This document shows positions 35,567 through 45,024 of a stretch of DNA of 64,000 nucleotides, one piece after another. Location: positions 73,955 to 137,954 of the forward strand of contig MFUV01000010.1 of NCBI GenBank assembly GCA_001787005.1, given 5' to 3'. The number at the start of each line of letters is the position of its first letter. The first letter of the stretch is position 1. Made by a program: the position numbers and the translations under genes. This stretch comes from Candidatus Nomurabacteria bacterium RIFCSPLOWO2_01_FULL_39_18. GTDB taxonomy: Bacteria; Patescibacteriota; Minisyncoccia; Phycocordibacterales; UBA9973. The notes beneath the pieces were generated by a model. That model made no database searches and was not told the DNA's origin. It worked only from the letters and a program-made list of their open reading frames with translations.

Positions 35567-36048
35567 AATAATTTACTTAACGAGTAATTTGTTCACAAGG
35601 GACTAGCTTGTGCTTAGAAGACCTACATCGACCTTGTCTTCTTAACAAAATAATTGTTGGTATTTTATGGAGTTGAGATAAAGAGGTGCCGGGGGGTTGT
35701 TGGTTTGACTCCCTATAAGTTCGAACGCTGTGGGGTAAACGTACCCATTTATGGTTTTGGAAAAAATCGTCAATTTAGAATTAAGGGCCTTAAAAAAATT
35801 TCTAAAAATTTTACAGAAAAATGGCCTTTGATTTCGGCCGCCGAATTTGATCGATTTGCGAGTGACTTAAAAGGGTTGTATGATAGAGGTATAACTAAAT
35901 AAGAAGTAACCTAAACCAGAAATGGCATGGTGAAAAATCGCAGTGAACAATAAAAAACCCGTTATCAGGGGCGTTCACTGCGTTATGTGGGGAAACCTAC
36001 ATAAGAGCTTCGGCTCTCCTTGGTATCGGGCTTTTTGTTTGGGAAATT

Positions 36049-36333
36049 ATGAAAAATTTTAATAAAAAAGAAATAGATACAGGAGAACCTGCCAAGTGGA
36101 CCGGCTACTGGTTTGGACTGTGTTTAGTTATAGGGGTTTTGTTAACATTAATGGTTGAGAATTATAACGAAAAATTTGTAGATACTGGCTATGTATATAT
36201 TATGATTTTAATAGCTGGTGGGCCGTATATTATTTCTTTATGTTGGCCATTGATTAAAGAAAAATTATTTAGTCGTGAAGGTAAAACAGAAGAAGAGGAA
36301 ACAGAAAGCGAAATAAATTTTTATGGAAAATAA
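36049..36333 (+). CDS. Small membrane protein
   Basis: 94 aa, two TM helices. Confidence 0.4.
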   Translation: MKNFNKKEIDTGEPAKWTGYWFGLCLVIGVLLTLMVENYNEKFVDTGYVYIMILIAGGPYIISLCWPLIKEKLFSREGKTEEEETESEINFYGK

Positions 36334-36904
36334 ACAAAAAGTAATAATAGCATTAATAGTGAGTGCCTTTTTAATTGTTATGGCTATTTCTTATGCCGGT
36401 AAAAAATCAGAGGAAAACATTACCTCACCCCCCATAGCTGTTAATTCCAATTTTAGTGAGATTAGCCAAGCAGATCAAGAAAAAATAAGAGAGATAATGC
36501 TAGGGGTGATGCAAGATACTATTCAAGTTACTCCAGCGGTAAAACAGGAATTTATCTCAATATTTAAAAAATATAATGCGACGAATGAAGAAATAGAAGA
36601 TTTTGGAATGTATGGACCTGCGTTAGCGGTAAATTATCAAAAGATGTTTTTTACTGATGCCTTACAATCTGTGCAGAGTAGTTCTTCTGTTAAAAGCCAA
36701 GAAAGAGCTGATTATGAAGTTGAATTACTTCAGAAAGGTTTGATTACTCAAGAAAGAATAGATCAAAATGATGCAGAGATGTATAAGATTGCAAACCATC
36801 AGCTTAGTAGTAATGGGCAGGTTCTGGTAATTGAAGATATTAAGCAAACTCTAAATGGTATTGATATTGTTGGTGGGCGTATTAAAAGTTTATTTAGCAG
36901 GTAA
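36323..36904 (+). CDS. Membrane-anchored/secreted hypothetical protein
   Basis: 193 aa, N-terminal TM/signal. Start overlaps the previous gene. Confidence 0.45.
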   Translation: MENKQKVIIALIVSAFLIVMAISYAGKKSEENITSPPIAVNSNFSEISQADQEKIREIMLGVMQDTIQVTPAVKQEFISIFKKYNATNEEIEDFGMYGPALAVNYQKMFFTDALQSVQSSSSVKSQERADYEVELLQKGLITQERIDQNDAEMYKIANHQLSSNGQVLVIEDIKQTLNGIDIVGGRIKSLFSR

Positions 36905-36914
36905 TTAAAAATAT

Positions 36915-37232
36915 ATGGAAAATCAAAACAAGTGGAATAAAGAGCTGTTATACTCCGTGATCTTTCTCGTAGCTGCTTTTTTATGGTTTACCTTTAACCC
37001 CTTTTCGCAAATAAGAGATCTAACGAATGGTATTTACAGCGTTTTGAGCGTAATGGCGGTAGGATTTTATGTCTTTACTTTACTTTCCCTCTATTGTGGT
37101 TTAAAAGCTGCTAGGAGAGCCACAAGAGAGCACAGAAGGGATTTATTGGTGTTTTCTTCTATTGTTGTTTTGGCTTCTGCTGCTCTGGCGATTTTCATTA
37201 CTTTGTTCTTAACTGGGGCGATTAAGTATTAG
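36915..37232 (+). CDS. Small membrane protein
   Basis: 105 aa, three hydrophobic helices. Confidence 0.4.
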   Translation: MENQNKWNKELLYSVIFLVAAFLWFTFNPFSQIRDLTNGIYSVLSVMAVGFYVFTLLSLYCGLKAARRATREHRRDLLVFSSIVVLASAALAIFITLFLTGAIKY

Positions 37233-37260
37233 TGGAGAGCTAATCAATAGCAGACATAAA

Positions 37261-37310
37261 TTACCGAATATTCGGTAAAATTGGCACCAAATATGCCGAA
37301 TATTCGGTAA
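37261..37310. promoter_or_regulatory. Tandem operator-like palindromes ttaccgaatattcggtaa (perfect 18-mer) and tgccgaatattcggtaaaa, centres about 31 bp apart
   Basis: Exact dyad symmetry, read directly. They sit at the start of a roughly 750-bp ORF-free region (37233..37988). Confidence 0.5.
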
Positions 37311-37988
37311 AACTAACTGGACGTGCATCCAGAGTTTTGGCGTTGGAGTTATCCACGTTGACAGGGATACGTGGGACTGTGAAATAATGAACTTATTATG
37401 ATATGGAAAAAAGTTATTTTTTCAAAGAACTGACTTCTCTAGTTTAAGTTACGGGAATCCTGAGGGGTTATGGGAGCATTTGCTTAATTGCGGAGTCAAC
37501 CCATCCCTTGGATGCTATTAAAATGACTCCCCCTGATGCGACTTCGACAGCATTCGAAGTTCGAAGGGACTAGTTTATTACTATGCAATGTAGTGAATTA
37601 ATCCCTTCGACAGGTAGCACCTTGAAGGAACTTAACGCAGTATCGTGGCCGACCCTTCTCGTAGAACAGATGCCCCTATCAAAAGACTTGAAAACTACAG
37701 TCTGGCGCCTGGGAAACACATAACATTGATACAGTATCTTCCCATAGAAGTAAAAAGGGATCAAAGATATGAGAAACTTCCGCAGGCAATACGCCATAGG
37801 ATATAAAGCGTAAAAAAATATAGCAATTCCCATTCTTGTCTCAGGGAGAAGTTTTAAATAAAATCTAAACAATATGCACGAATACAGAACACCGAAGTTA
37901 GAAGTTTATAAATTCTGAACTTCGAATATTTGATTAAAAGTGAAAATAATAAGTTTATTGATGGTGAGTTCAATTTTAATAAAAATAA

Positions 37989-38897
37989 CTATTCCTCTGA
38001 GAAATAATCAGAATCTACTTTTTTTATTTCATAAGTAGTGATTGTTGAAACACCAATATTATATTCCACCATCAATTTCGCTAGCTGGATTCCATCAATA
38101 AGAATAACTTTGCTGTCTAATCGCTGGGCATATTCAATTGCGTCTTTAGTAAAATTAGAAGTTGTGATAAAAATTCCTTTTTTCGCAAATTTGCCGTTCA
38201 GCGCACCTACAAAACTTTGTACTTCTGGACGACCCACGCTATTATCATTCCATCTTTTGGCCTGAACATATATTAGATCAAGTCCAAGTTTATCTTCCTT
38301 AATAACCCCATCTATTCCACCGTCCCCAGATCTTCCTATGGCTTGCCCTGCATCTTTCCTAGAACCACCATATCCCATACCCAACAATAGATCTATGACA
38401 GATTGCTCAAAAAAGGCAGGAGAGCTAGATTTAAGACTATTAAGCAGTTCTGCATATAATTCTTTTACGATACTTTGATATCCAGCTTCCATTGTTTCTT
38501 CCGGAGTATTTTCTTCTAAATCTTCTACTTCGTTAGATTTTTCTAGGGTATCAGCTCCGCCTTGAAACTCATTAAAAGACGAAAATTTTCTTAGAAAACT
38601 TGGATCAATTATTTCTGGTTTTTGTGCTAAAACTTTTTGTCCTTGCGGTGTAATTTTAAATAAAGCTTTTTTGGGCGCATCAACTAAACCTGCTTTTTTA
38701 AGATACGTTTTCGCCCACCCTACTCTATTGCTAAAAATAGTCATTCTTCCACTTGGAGTCATCTGACTAAGATCACTTTCTTTTAGATTAAATTTAATCG
38801 CCAAAGAACTTTCGGCTTCTTTCAAGGAGTGCTCTTGGCCATCCGCTAAATATTCCAATAAAGGTTTTATAACGTATTTAAATTGTGGTATTGGCAT
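37989..38897 (-). CDS. Mrr-like restriction endonuclease (type IV)
   Basis: Collinear with E. coli Mrr: N-terminal winged helix (FKYVIKPLLEYL..NRVGWAKTYLKKAGL) and catalytic core GDGGIDGVIKEDKLGLDLIYVQAKRW (D-(E/Q)xK). Confidence 0.85.
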   Translation of the reverse strand: MPIPQFKYVIKPLLEYLADGQEHSLKEAESSLAIKFNLKESDLSQMTPSGRMTIFSNRVGWAKTYLKKAGLVDAPKKALFKITPQGQKVLAQKPEIIDPSFLRKFSSFNEFQGGADTLEKSNEVEDLEENTPEETMEAGYQSIVKELYAELLNSLKSSSPAFFEQSVIDLLLGMGYGGSRKDAGQAIGRSGDGGIDGVIKEDKLGLDLIYVQAKRWNDNSVGRPEVQSFVGALNGKFAKKGIFITTSNFTKDAIEYAQRLDSKVILIDGIQLAKLMVEYNIGVSTITTYEIKKVDSDYFSEE

Positions 38898-38905
38898 TTA
38901 TAATT

Positions 38906-40795
38906 TTATTTTAGCTGATAGTAAAAATAGGTACCGTCAGGGAATTTAATGTTTGGTACCCAGAGAGGTCTTCCTTCCCATCCTTTATTAGTCTCTCCAT
39001 TGAGCCGGTAAAGGGTTAGGACCACTCTATCGTTAAAGTGATTACCGAGGTCTCGGTCTGTCGGAGATAACAGTGTGCCTGTCCCCTTACTTATACTTCT
39101 ACCTGTTCGAATAATCATACGACATTGATATTTTGCACCTTTTTTAAGCGTCCCAACACAGTCAGCAAAAGAATGCTGGTTCCATAAATCAGTTTTCTCC
39201 ACGCTTATTAAATGCAGTATTTTTTCAGTCTCCGCTAAAGATATGTCATCCTCACGATCTTTTGAACCGAGTATTCTATCTAAAGAAGAAAGACCTAAGT
39301 GTGTTGGATTAAGGGGAAAATAATTCACTCCTCCAGCAATAATCATAAGTTCTTCTTTTAAGACCACGCTTAGACGAGTTGGACGAGCTCCTTTTGGAGT
39401 CAAAAGACTAACTGCTTGTGGACCTTTCTTTTGAAGAGTATCAAAAAGCGCATTGTTAGCGTCATTCAATTCACGAAAAAGTTTTATGAGGGGTTGCGGA
39501 CTAAATATGCGACATAATTCACGATCTCTGTCATATCCAAATATACGGGCATGTTGCCACGAGGTATCTGCTTGGGGTGTTTTAGCGCTTCTGCAATAAT
39601 AAACTATTTGCAGACCTGGAAATGTCACCCCTCTTCCCAAAGTATTACCACCTATAACTATGTTGAGGCCTTCATCGTATGCTGTACCTTCTGGCGCCTT
39701 TGAGTTTAGAACTGTAATATTAACTCCGGGCATGTCTGCGCGAAGAAAATCCAAAATAGCTTTGAACGGCTTTATCCTGCTTTTAGTTTTTGATAGTTCT
39801 TCCCATGCATCACGAAGGTCCAGTTCAAGTAAAGTTGAAGAGTCTGCGACTAGATCAGTCTTCAAACCTTCAAGAAATTTTTCCACCTTTGTCCTTACGG
39901 TTGTATGTTCACTTATTTTTGACCCTGGGTGAATTAACATCGTACAAACAGATTTATGGTCACCTAAAAGTAAATCGGATGCTGCGATAAGAAAATGCAA
40001 GACAGCTTTACGAAGCCCTACGGGAATATGTTCCGCCTTTAGTAAATCATCCCGCTCATTGTCCTCTGTCTCTATTAGATTTTTTGAGTCCTCTCCATAA
40101 AAAAAATCCCCTCCCAGATAACCCTTACCGGGCGGAAGATAAAATGAGTATTGAGGTTTCCACCCTGACATTTCTATTTGTAGCACAAGAGACTGAGGAG
40201 TTGCTGTAACATGGAGGTATATTGAAGAAGGCGCCTGTTTATTTATCTTTTCAAGTAGCTTGTTAATTGTACTCTGATCATTCTGGTTAACCCTTGTATT
40301 TAAACTAGATGCATCTGCTTCATCATCCAGTAGAAAAAGTGGCTCTTCTTTGTAAATTGGATTGGAAGCTATGTTATTCGCCCATGTTTTTAGAACGTTA
40401 GGATCTTTCTTAAGAACAATCATAGTCGGCATCTGTAAACCTCTATTTAAAAAAGCTGCCTCATCCGTTTCTCCAAATACATTGAATCCAGCCATGAATC
40501 CTCCTAGAGAATTTTTTGCTCTTTCAAGTGTCTGCTTGTGCAAAATTACATTGCTTGTGGTAACTAGGATAAAAAATTTAAATCCTCTATCGGCAGCTGC
40601 AGCAGCGATAGCAAGCATTTGTCCTGTTTTTCCACTTTGCACATGGCCATATAATAAACCGGATACATGACTATTGTGGTCAAAATTATCTATATGTTTT
40701 TTAGCAAAATCTTCTGCTGTTTTTTCCAACATAGGAACAAGACCCGGGTTAGATGCTCCGGCACGTTTTAAATAATTGTCCAAAAATTTTCTCAT
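38906..40795 (-). CDS. P-loop NTPase (Walker A GHVQSGKTG, Walker B LLDDEAD), possibly Z1-domain family
   Basis: 629 aa. Walker A near the N-terminus is followed by an FFILVTTSN strand and DDEAD, with a long C-terminal region without recognised motifs. The Z1 assignment is from memory of the family pattern, not a search. Confidence 0.5.
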   Translation of the reverse strand: MRKFLDNYLKRAGASNPGLVPMLEKTAEDFAKKHIDNFDHNSHVSGLLYGHVQSGKTGQMLAIAAAAADRGFKFFILVTTSNVILHKQTLERAKNSLGGFMAGFNVFGETDEAAFLNRGLQMPTMIVLKKDPNVLKTWANNIASNPIYKEEPLFLLDDEADASSLNTRVNQNDQSTINKLLEKINKQAPSSIYLHVTATPQSLVLQIEMSGWKPQYSFYLPPGKGYLGGDFFYGEDSKNLIETEDNERDDLLKAEHIPVGLRKAVLHFLIAASDLLLGDHKSVCTMLIHPGSKISEHTTVRTKVEKFLEGLKTDLVADSSTLLELDLRDAWEELSKTKSRIKPFKAILDFLRADMPGVNITVLNSKAPEGTAYDEGLNIVIGGNTLGRGVTFPGLQIVYYCRSAKTPQADTSWQHARIFGYDRDRELCRIFSPQPLIKLFRELNDANNALFDTLQKKGPQAVSLLTPKGARPTRLSVVLKEELMIIAGGVNYFPLNPTHLGLSSLDRILGSKDREDDISLAETEKILHLISVEKTDLWNQHSFADCVGTLKKGAKYQCRMIIRTGRSISKGTGTLLSPTDRDLGNHFNDRVVLTLYRLNGETNKGWEGRPLWVPNIKFPDGTYFYYQLK

Positions 40796-40798
40796 AAT

Positions 40799-41851
40799 TT
40801 ATCTAGAAAAATCTAACAACCATACTTTAGGATCAGCTGTTTCTTTTAGTGATATGGTAGTGCGTCCATATTTTTGTAGAACCTCCGGCGTAACTGGCTG
40901 ACCCACCTTAAGACACCCTGCCCTTTCGAGCCTTCCCTTAATCCACCGACCTAGGGTCCTCAAATCACCCTCTGATCTAAAATTCTTACCATAATCTCCC
41001 TGTATTTTGCAATTAAACTGCCATCCATCATCGGTATAAACACGAATGATTGAATCCTGCTCCGGATAACCGTCTGCCTGGGTTATCTCTATTGGAACAA
41101 TAAGCTCTACTTCATACCAATGTCTAGGACGTATCGCCCCTGTTTTGGTAGCAAGTCTTCCTTTTCCAAAGTAAGCATTAAGATTGCTCTTTGCTTCTGT
41201 TTTAAGAGGAAGATCGAACACTCGGTCAGTTAAAGTACTTTCTATTTTACGATACTCCTCCTCATCTGCTTTGTCTACATCAATTCTATCCTTCAGTAGA
41301 TCGGGTGTTTCAATAAAAGATTCTGGTTTAGGCCAATTAAGAATATCTTTTGATGCTTTTTTAATTAATTCTTCGTGTAACGTATTAAGTTCTGATAAAA
41401 TATTTTCTTCTTTAAAAAGAGCGTCCACTTCCCACTGTCTACTATCAAGAATGTTCCCCAGATTAGATGACCCCATCATTCCAGACACGGGAATAGGTTT
41501 TTCCGCCTTACTGAATAGGTAAGTTTTTCCATGAAATTTAAATGCTGTAGAAACATGAACGCTTCCTATACCTTTATCTTTTAAGAAAGTTGCAAGATCT
41601 ATGGCTGCCTCATATTGCGCTTGTGTAAATCCTTCCCTCCCATGCATTCCAATTACAAGACTACATGTTTTAGTTTGATTTTCTTCACTATAAAAAAGTA
41701 GCACCGCTTTTAGTTCCAGCAGCGACTCTTCAGTAATGTAACCTGTAGCTATTTTTATATTGTCAGAATTTACAACACCATACTCAAAAGCCTCACTAAA
41801 GGAAGAATTGTCGTACTCGCAAGGTTTGATTTTTGAGTAAAGAAGTTCCAT
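40799..41851 (-). CDS. PLD-family nuclease-like protein (NgoFVII/BfiI-like restriction endonuclease candidate)
   Basis: FHGKTYLFS...GSSN approximates the HxK(x)4D(x)6GSxN motif, with Ser at the Asp position. 350 aa with a distinct C-terminal domain. Tentative. Confidence 0.45.
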   Translation of the reverse strand: MELLYSKIKPCEYDNSSFSEAFEYGVVNSDNIKIATGYITEESLLELKAVLLFYSEENQTKTCSLVIGMHGREGFTQAQYEAAIDLATFLKDKGIGSVHVSTAFKFHGKTYLFSKAEKPIPVSGMMGSSNLGNILDSRQWEVDALFKEENILSELNTLHEELIKKASKDILNWPKPESFIETPDLLKDRIDVDKADEEEYRKIESTLTDRVFDLPLKTEAKSNLNAYFGKGRLATKTGAIRPRHWYEVELIVPIEITQADGYPEQDSIIRVYTDDGWQFNCKIQGDYGKNFRSEGDLRTLGRWIKGRLERAGCLKVGQPVTPEVLQKYGRTTISLKETADPKVWLLDFSR

Positions 41852-41875
41852 GCAAGTTTGGCTTATAAATCATCA

Positions 41876-42931
41876 TTATAATTCATCTAAAAATTTCTTA
41901 ATTGCCCTAGCTATTGGCTTAATCCCAGCTGGAGGGACAGAATTACCTATTTGTCTTCTAACTTCAGCTATGGACCCCACAAACTCAAAATCATCAGGAT
42001 AGCCAAAGAGGCGGGCACGTTCCCGGTTGGTAAGAGGCCTATTTTCCTTATAGTGATACCCCCAAGTACCGCCGCCGCCACCTGCAATGATAGTAGTCGA
42101 TGGTTTGTCTGGATGCAAGCGACGATAGACGTGAGATATCATTCCTTTTACATAGTGGGGAGAGTTTTTTGGTATGTCGGTAAAATTTCCGCCAGGGGGT
42201 ATCAGTCGTAATTTTGCTACTGTACTTGGCGCAATATTTTGATTTTCATTATTAAAACTAATTTTCTCTACTCCTTTTAGGGCTTCCCTTGCGGTAATAT
42301 AATTTTCTGGTGTATGAGTTGGAGCTGGCAACTTGAATTCTTTATTTAGATCATTGCGAACACCGATTATTAGCACACGTTGACGAAGCTGAGGAGCACC
42401 GTAATCAGCAAAATTTATAGGATATACATCTACCCTATATCCCGCTTCTCCAAAATCGTTTACAATCTGAGTTACTGCTTTACCTTTATTAGCGCTAAGA
42501 AGACCTCTGACATTTTCAGCCACGAACATCTTGGGCTGTTTCGCAAGAACAACACGAACAAATTGTCGGTATAAATTTCCACGATCTGTTTTAAGACCCA
42601 TGCGCTTCCATATCATTGAAAAGTCCTGACATGGAAAACCACCCAGAATTATTTCACAATCTGGAACATCTTCATCCTTAACAGCTGTAATACTTCCCTC
42701 TACAATATGGTCACCAAAGTTTTTTTTAAATGTTTCGCAAGCCCAGTGGTTTACATCATTTGCCCAAATTATTTCGAACCCAGCATCTTTAAAACCCAAA
42801 TCCATCCCTCCAGATCCAGAGAAAAGTGATGCTATCCTGTAAACTCTTTTTTTTAGGTTCTTCATATCTGCTTTGTCTACTTTAGAATTTACTATATTTA
42901 TATTTGGTTTTCGCAAAGCAGCTATTGGCAT
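41876..42931 (-). CDS. DNA (cytosine-5)-methyltransferase
   Basis: Motif I LFSGSGGMDLGF. Motif IV GGFPCQDFS. Motif VI ENVRGL. Size is 351 aa. Confidence 0.9.
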   Translation of the reverse strand: MPIAALRKPNINIVNSKVDKADMKNLKKRVYRIASLFSGSGGMDLGFKDAGFEIIWANDVNHWACETFKKNFGDHIVEGSITAVKDEDVPDCEIILGGFPCQDFSMIWKRMGLKTDRGNLYRQFVRVVLAKQPKMFVAENVRGLLSANKGKAVTQIVNDFGEAGYRVDVYPINFADYGAPQLRQRVLIIGVRNDLNKEFKLPAPTHTPENYITAREALKGVEKISFNNENQNIAPSTVAKLRLIPPGGNFTDIPKNSPHYVKGMISHVYRRLHPDKPSTTIIAGGGGGTWGYHYKENRPLTNRERARLFGYPDDFEFVGSIAEVRRQIGNSVPPAGIKPIARAIKKFLDEL

Positions 42932-43056
42932 ACATTCATTATACCTTAATAAGTTCTAAAAAGCCGCTATTTGAGAACGCAGAAAAGCACCAATTCTCAA
43001 TCGCGGCTTATTTTAAGCGGCAATTTTGGAAAAAGTTTTCCACAGCTATTGCTTAT

Positions 43057-44766
43057 TTAATACACCTCCTGCTGATAGCATTTTTCACAATATATTATGG
43101 GTGCGTATTTTTCGGGATATACCGTCTCTACCTCTGTGCTGCATTTAGAGCAATTGCGGTTGATAATTTGCAAAGGTGGACGCTTATCCATCCGCCGTAT
43201 ATGCCTGATATCAAAACACACTCGCGGTAGTGGTAAATTCATTCTTCTGTAAAAAGATAATTCATTTTCAGTAATTCTATAGGCTCCTACAGAGTTGGGG
43301 TTGTCTTTTTCGGCACACTCAATAACCTCGTTTAAAATCGAATCACTTACCTCCTTGATGGTTTCAGGCAATTCCGAGGCCTTAAGGGTGACTTTGTAAT
43401 TTTTCTTACCTTTATCTATCCAGCGATAACCATTTTTAATTGCCTCTTCTTTAGTGAGGGGATAATAATAATTCGCAATTGTTTCATTGTAAGCAAAATC
43501 AGAAAAATTGGCCGGAAAGTTCTCTCCAAATCGATACTCCAGACCTCTATTATCTATATAAGGTACTTTTTTCATAGAATCAATGATTTCATTTTTAAGC
43601 TTTTCATACTCTTCCTTGGAATATTCTTTATTTAGAATGGAATATTTCCCTTTTTTCAAACCCACACAACCGAAGCAATCATGAGCGCCTGGACAATTAT
43701 TGCAGTAGTATAAGTCGTGCGCACCCATCCAGCACTGATTACAAAAATAAAGGCGAGCAATATCAATGCCACAATTCTGGGATTCGTAGATTTGCTCCGC
43801 CTTATTGCCCCATTCAAAATAATCCATACAATCCTCAGCGTTGAAAACCATAAATAGGTACTTACCGTCTCTTACGCTTTCGCAGTCGAAAGATTCCTTA
43901 ACGTTTTTACTATTCATAAACCAGTTACCTGAAACACTCTCAGACTTAATAGACATTATGGCCCTCTGTGGAAATTTCTTCCTAAATTCTTCAAATTCAA
44001 CCTTCATTTTTTCAATTCCAAGAAAAGTATCTAGTCTCATTTCTTCCAGCTTTTTGAAATATTCCTCTTTTGAATACTTTTTGTTCCAAATACAGTACTC
44101 CGCATTAACCAAATTCACGCAACCCACACAATTCGAAGAATTTCTGCATGCGTAAATAAAAGAACAATCACGGGAATCCTTACTCTCTTGGCCAAATTTC
44201 ACATTGTAGCAGTTCGCGCAATTAACACACTCATAACACAGCTCGCATTCGAAAAGCCATGAGCCATCACAACAATCAAGAATATGTTTTTTGCCGTTGT
44301 AAAGATATAAAGAATTTTCTGGATAAGAACTACGAAAAACCATATAAGAATTTTTAGGATCGGTGACGCGATGAGCATAGGGGCTGTTTATGGCAAACCC
44401 TTGCCGAACTATAGACATTCTAGGCACTTTATTTTGAAGTTCTAAAAATTGTTCGAAGAAAGATCGGCTTGGGTCATAGTCCATGCCGTAGGAATAGGGG
44501 TCCCAAACATCGGAGTACCAAATATCAGTTTCGTAAACAGGAAACTGGGTGTCCTCCGAATACATGCTAAAAATCTCTTTACCGGAAAAACTGCATTTTC
44601 TTTTATATAAAACAGTCTCGCTTGTATGTATAAAGCGCCGAAGCAGTCTACATCCTGGGCAAAAAGTCGGAGGAGGTACTTTTATTTTTTTATAAAATCC
44701 GAAATCATCAACTTCAATAGTAAAGTCCTTTTTGCAGTTTTGACAGACCTTGGTTTCAGCTTCCAT
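43057..44766 (-). CDS. Cysteine-rich paralog C (569 aa)
   Basis: Same N-terminal (CQNCKKDFTIEVDDFGFYKKIKVPPPTFCPGCRLLRR) and C-terminal (IIYCEKCYQQEVY) ends and internal YSKEEY/CxxC modules as ORFs 255..2012 and 2057..3751. Confidence 0.75.
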   Translation of the reverse strand: MEAETKVCQNCKKDFTIEVDDFGFYKKIKVPPPTFCPGCRLLRRFIHTSETVLYKRKCSFSGKEIFSMYSEDTQFPVYETDIWYSDVWDPYSYGMDYDPSRSFFEQFLELQNKVPRMSIVRQGFAINSPYAHRVTDPKNSYMVFRSSYPENSLYLYNGKKHILDCCDGSWLFECELCYECVNCANCYNVKFGQESKDSRDCSFIYACRNSSNCVGCVNLVNAEYCIWNKKYSKEEYFKKLEEMRLDTFLGIEKMKVEFEEFRKKFPQRAIMSIKSESVSGNWFMNSKNVKESFDCESVRDGKYLFMVFNAEDCMDYFEWGNKAEQIYESQNCGIDIARLYFCNQCWMGAHDLYYCNNCPGAHDCFGCVGLKKGKYSILNKEYSKEEYEKLKNEIIDSMKKVPYIDNRGLEYRFGENFPANFSDFAYNETIANYYYPLTKEEAIKNGYRWIDKGKKNYKVTLKASELPETIKEVSDSILNEVIECAEKDNPNSVGAYRITENELSFYRRMNLPLPRVCFDIRHIRRMDKRPPLQIINRNCSKCSTEVETVYPEKYAPIIYCEKCYQQEVY

Positions 44767-45024
44767 AAGAGCATTATACTCGTTTTAGTGGCTTAAAACC
44801 ATAATTTACACACCTTCAGGCTCCGGCGCTGCGGATTTTAAAATCCTCCCTTGTTTATCCCGACTTATAATATTCCGCTGATAACGAGGTGCTGGAAGCT
44901 TTATCGTAAATTCGAACGGGACTTGTTTTGTGGCAATATTAGTGTTAAAAAGTTGGGTTGCATTCGTGGTATTCCGACGGAAATACTCATAATTGGCAGA
45001 TTATATCATAAGATAGAGCAAAAT

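Noticed and set aside
35670-35760. Possible tRNA-like/tmRNA 3' domain (ggggttgttggtttgactccc)
   Set aside because: No acceptor stem or T-loop consensus (GGTTCGAATCC) could be completed. Left uncalled.
37570-37872. 100-aa minus-strand ORF in the non-coding gap
   Set aside because: No start context or motif. Aromatic- and Cys-rich composition looks random. Treated as non-coding.
42904-43230. 108-aa plus-strand ORF
   Set aside because: It overlaps the 3' ends of the methyltransferase and Cys-rich paralog C on the opposite strand. No motif.
33962-45000. Prophage
   Set aside because: There are no terminase, portal, capsid, tail or lysis genes. The content (serine recombinase, ArdC-N-like, R-M/Mrr) fits an integrative mobilisable or defence island instead.
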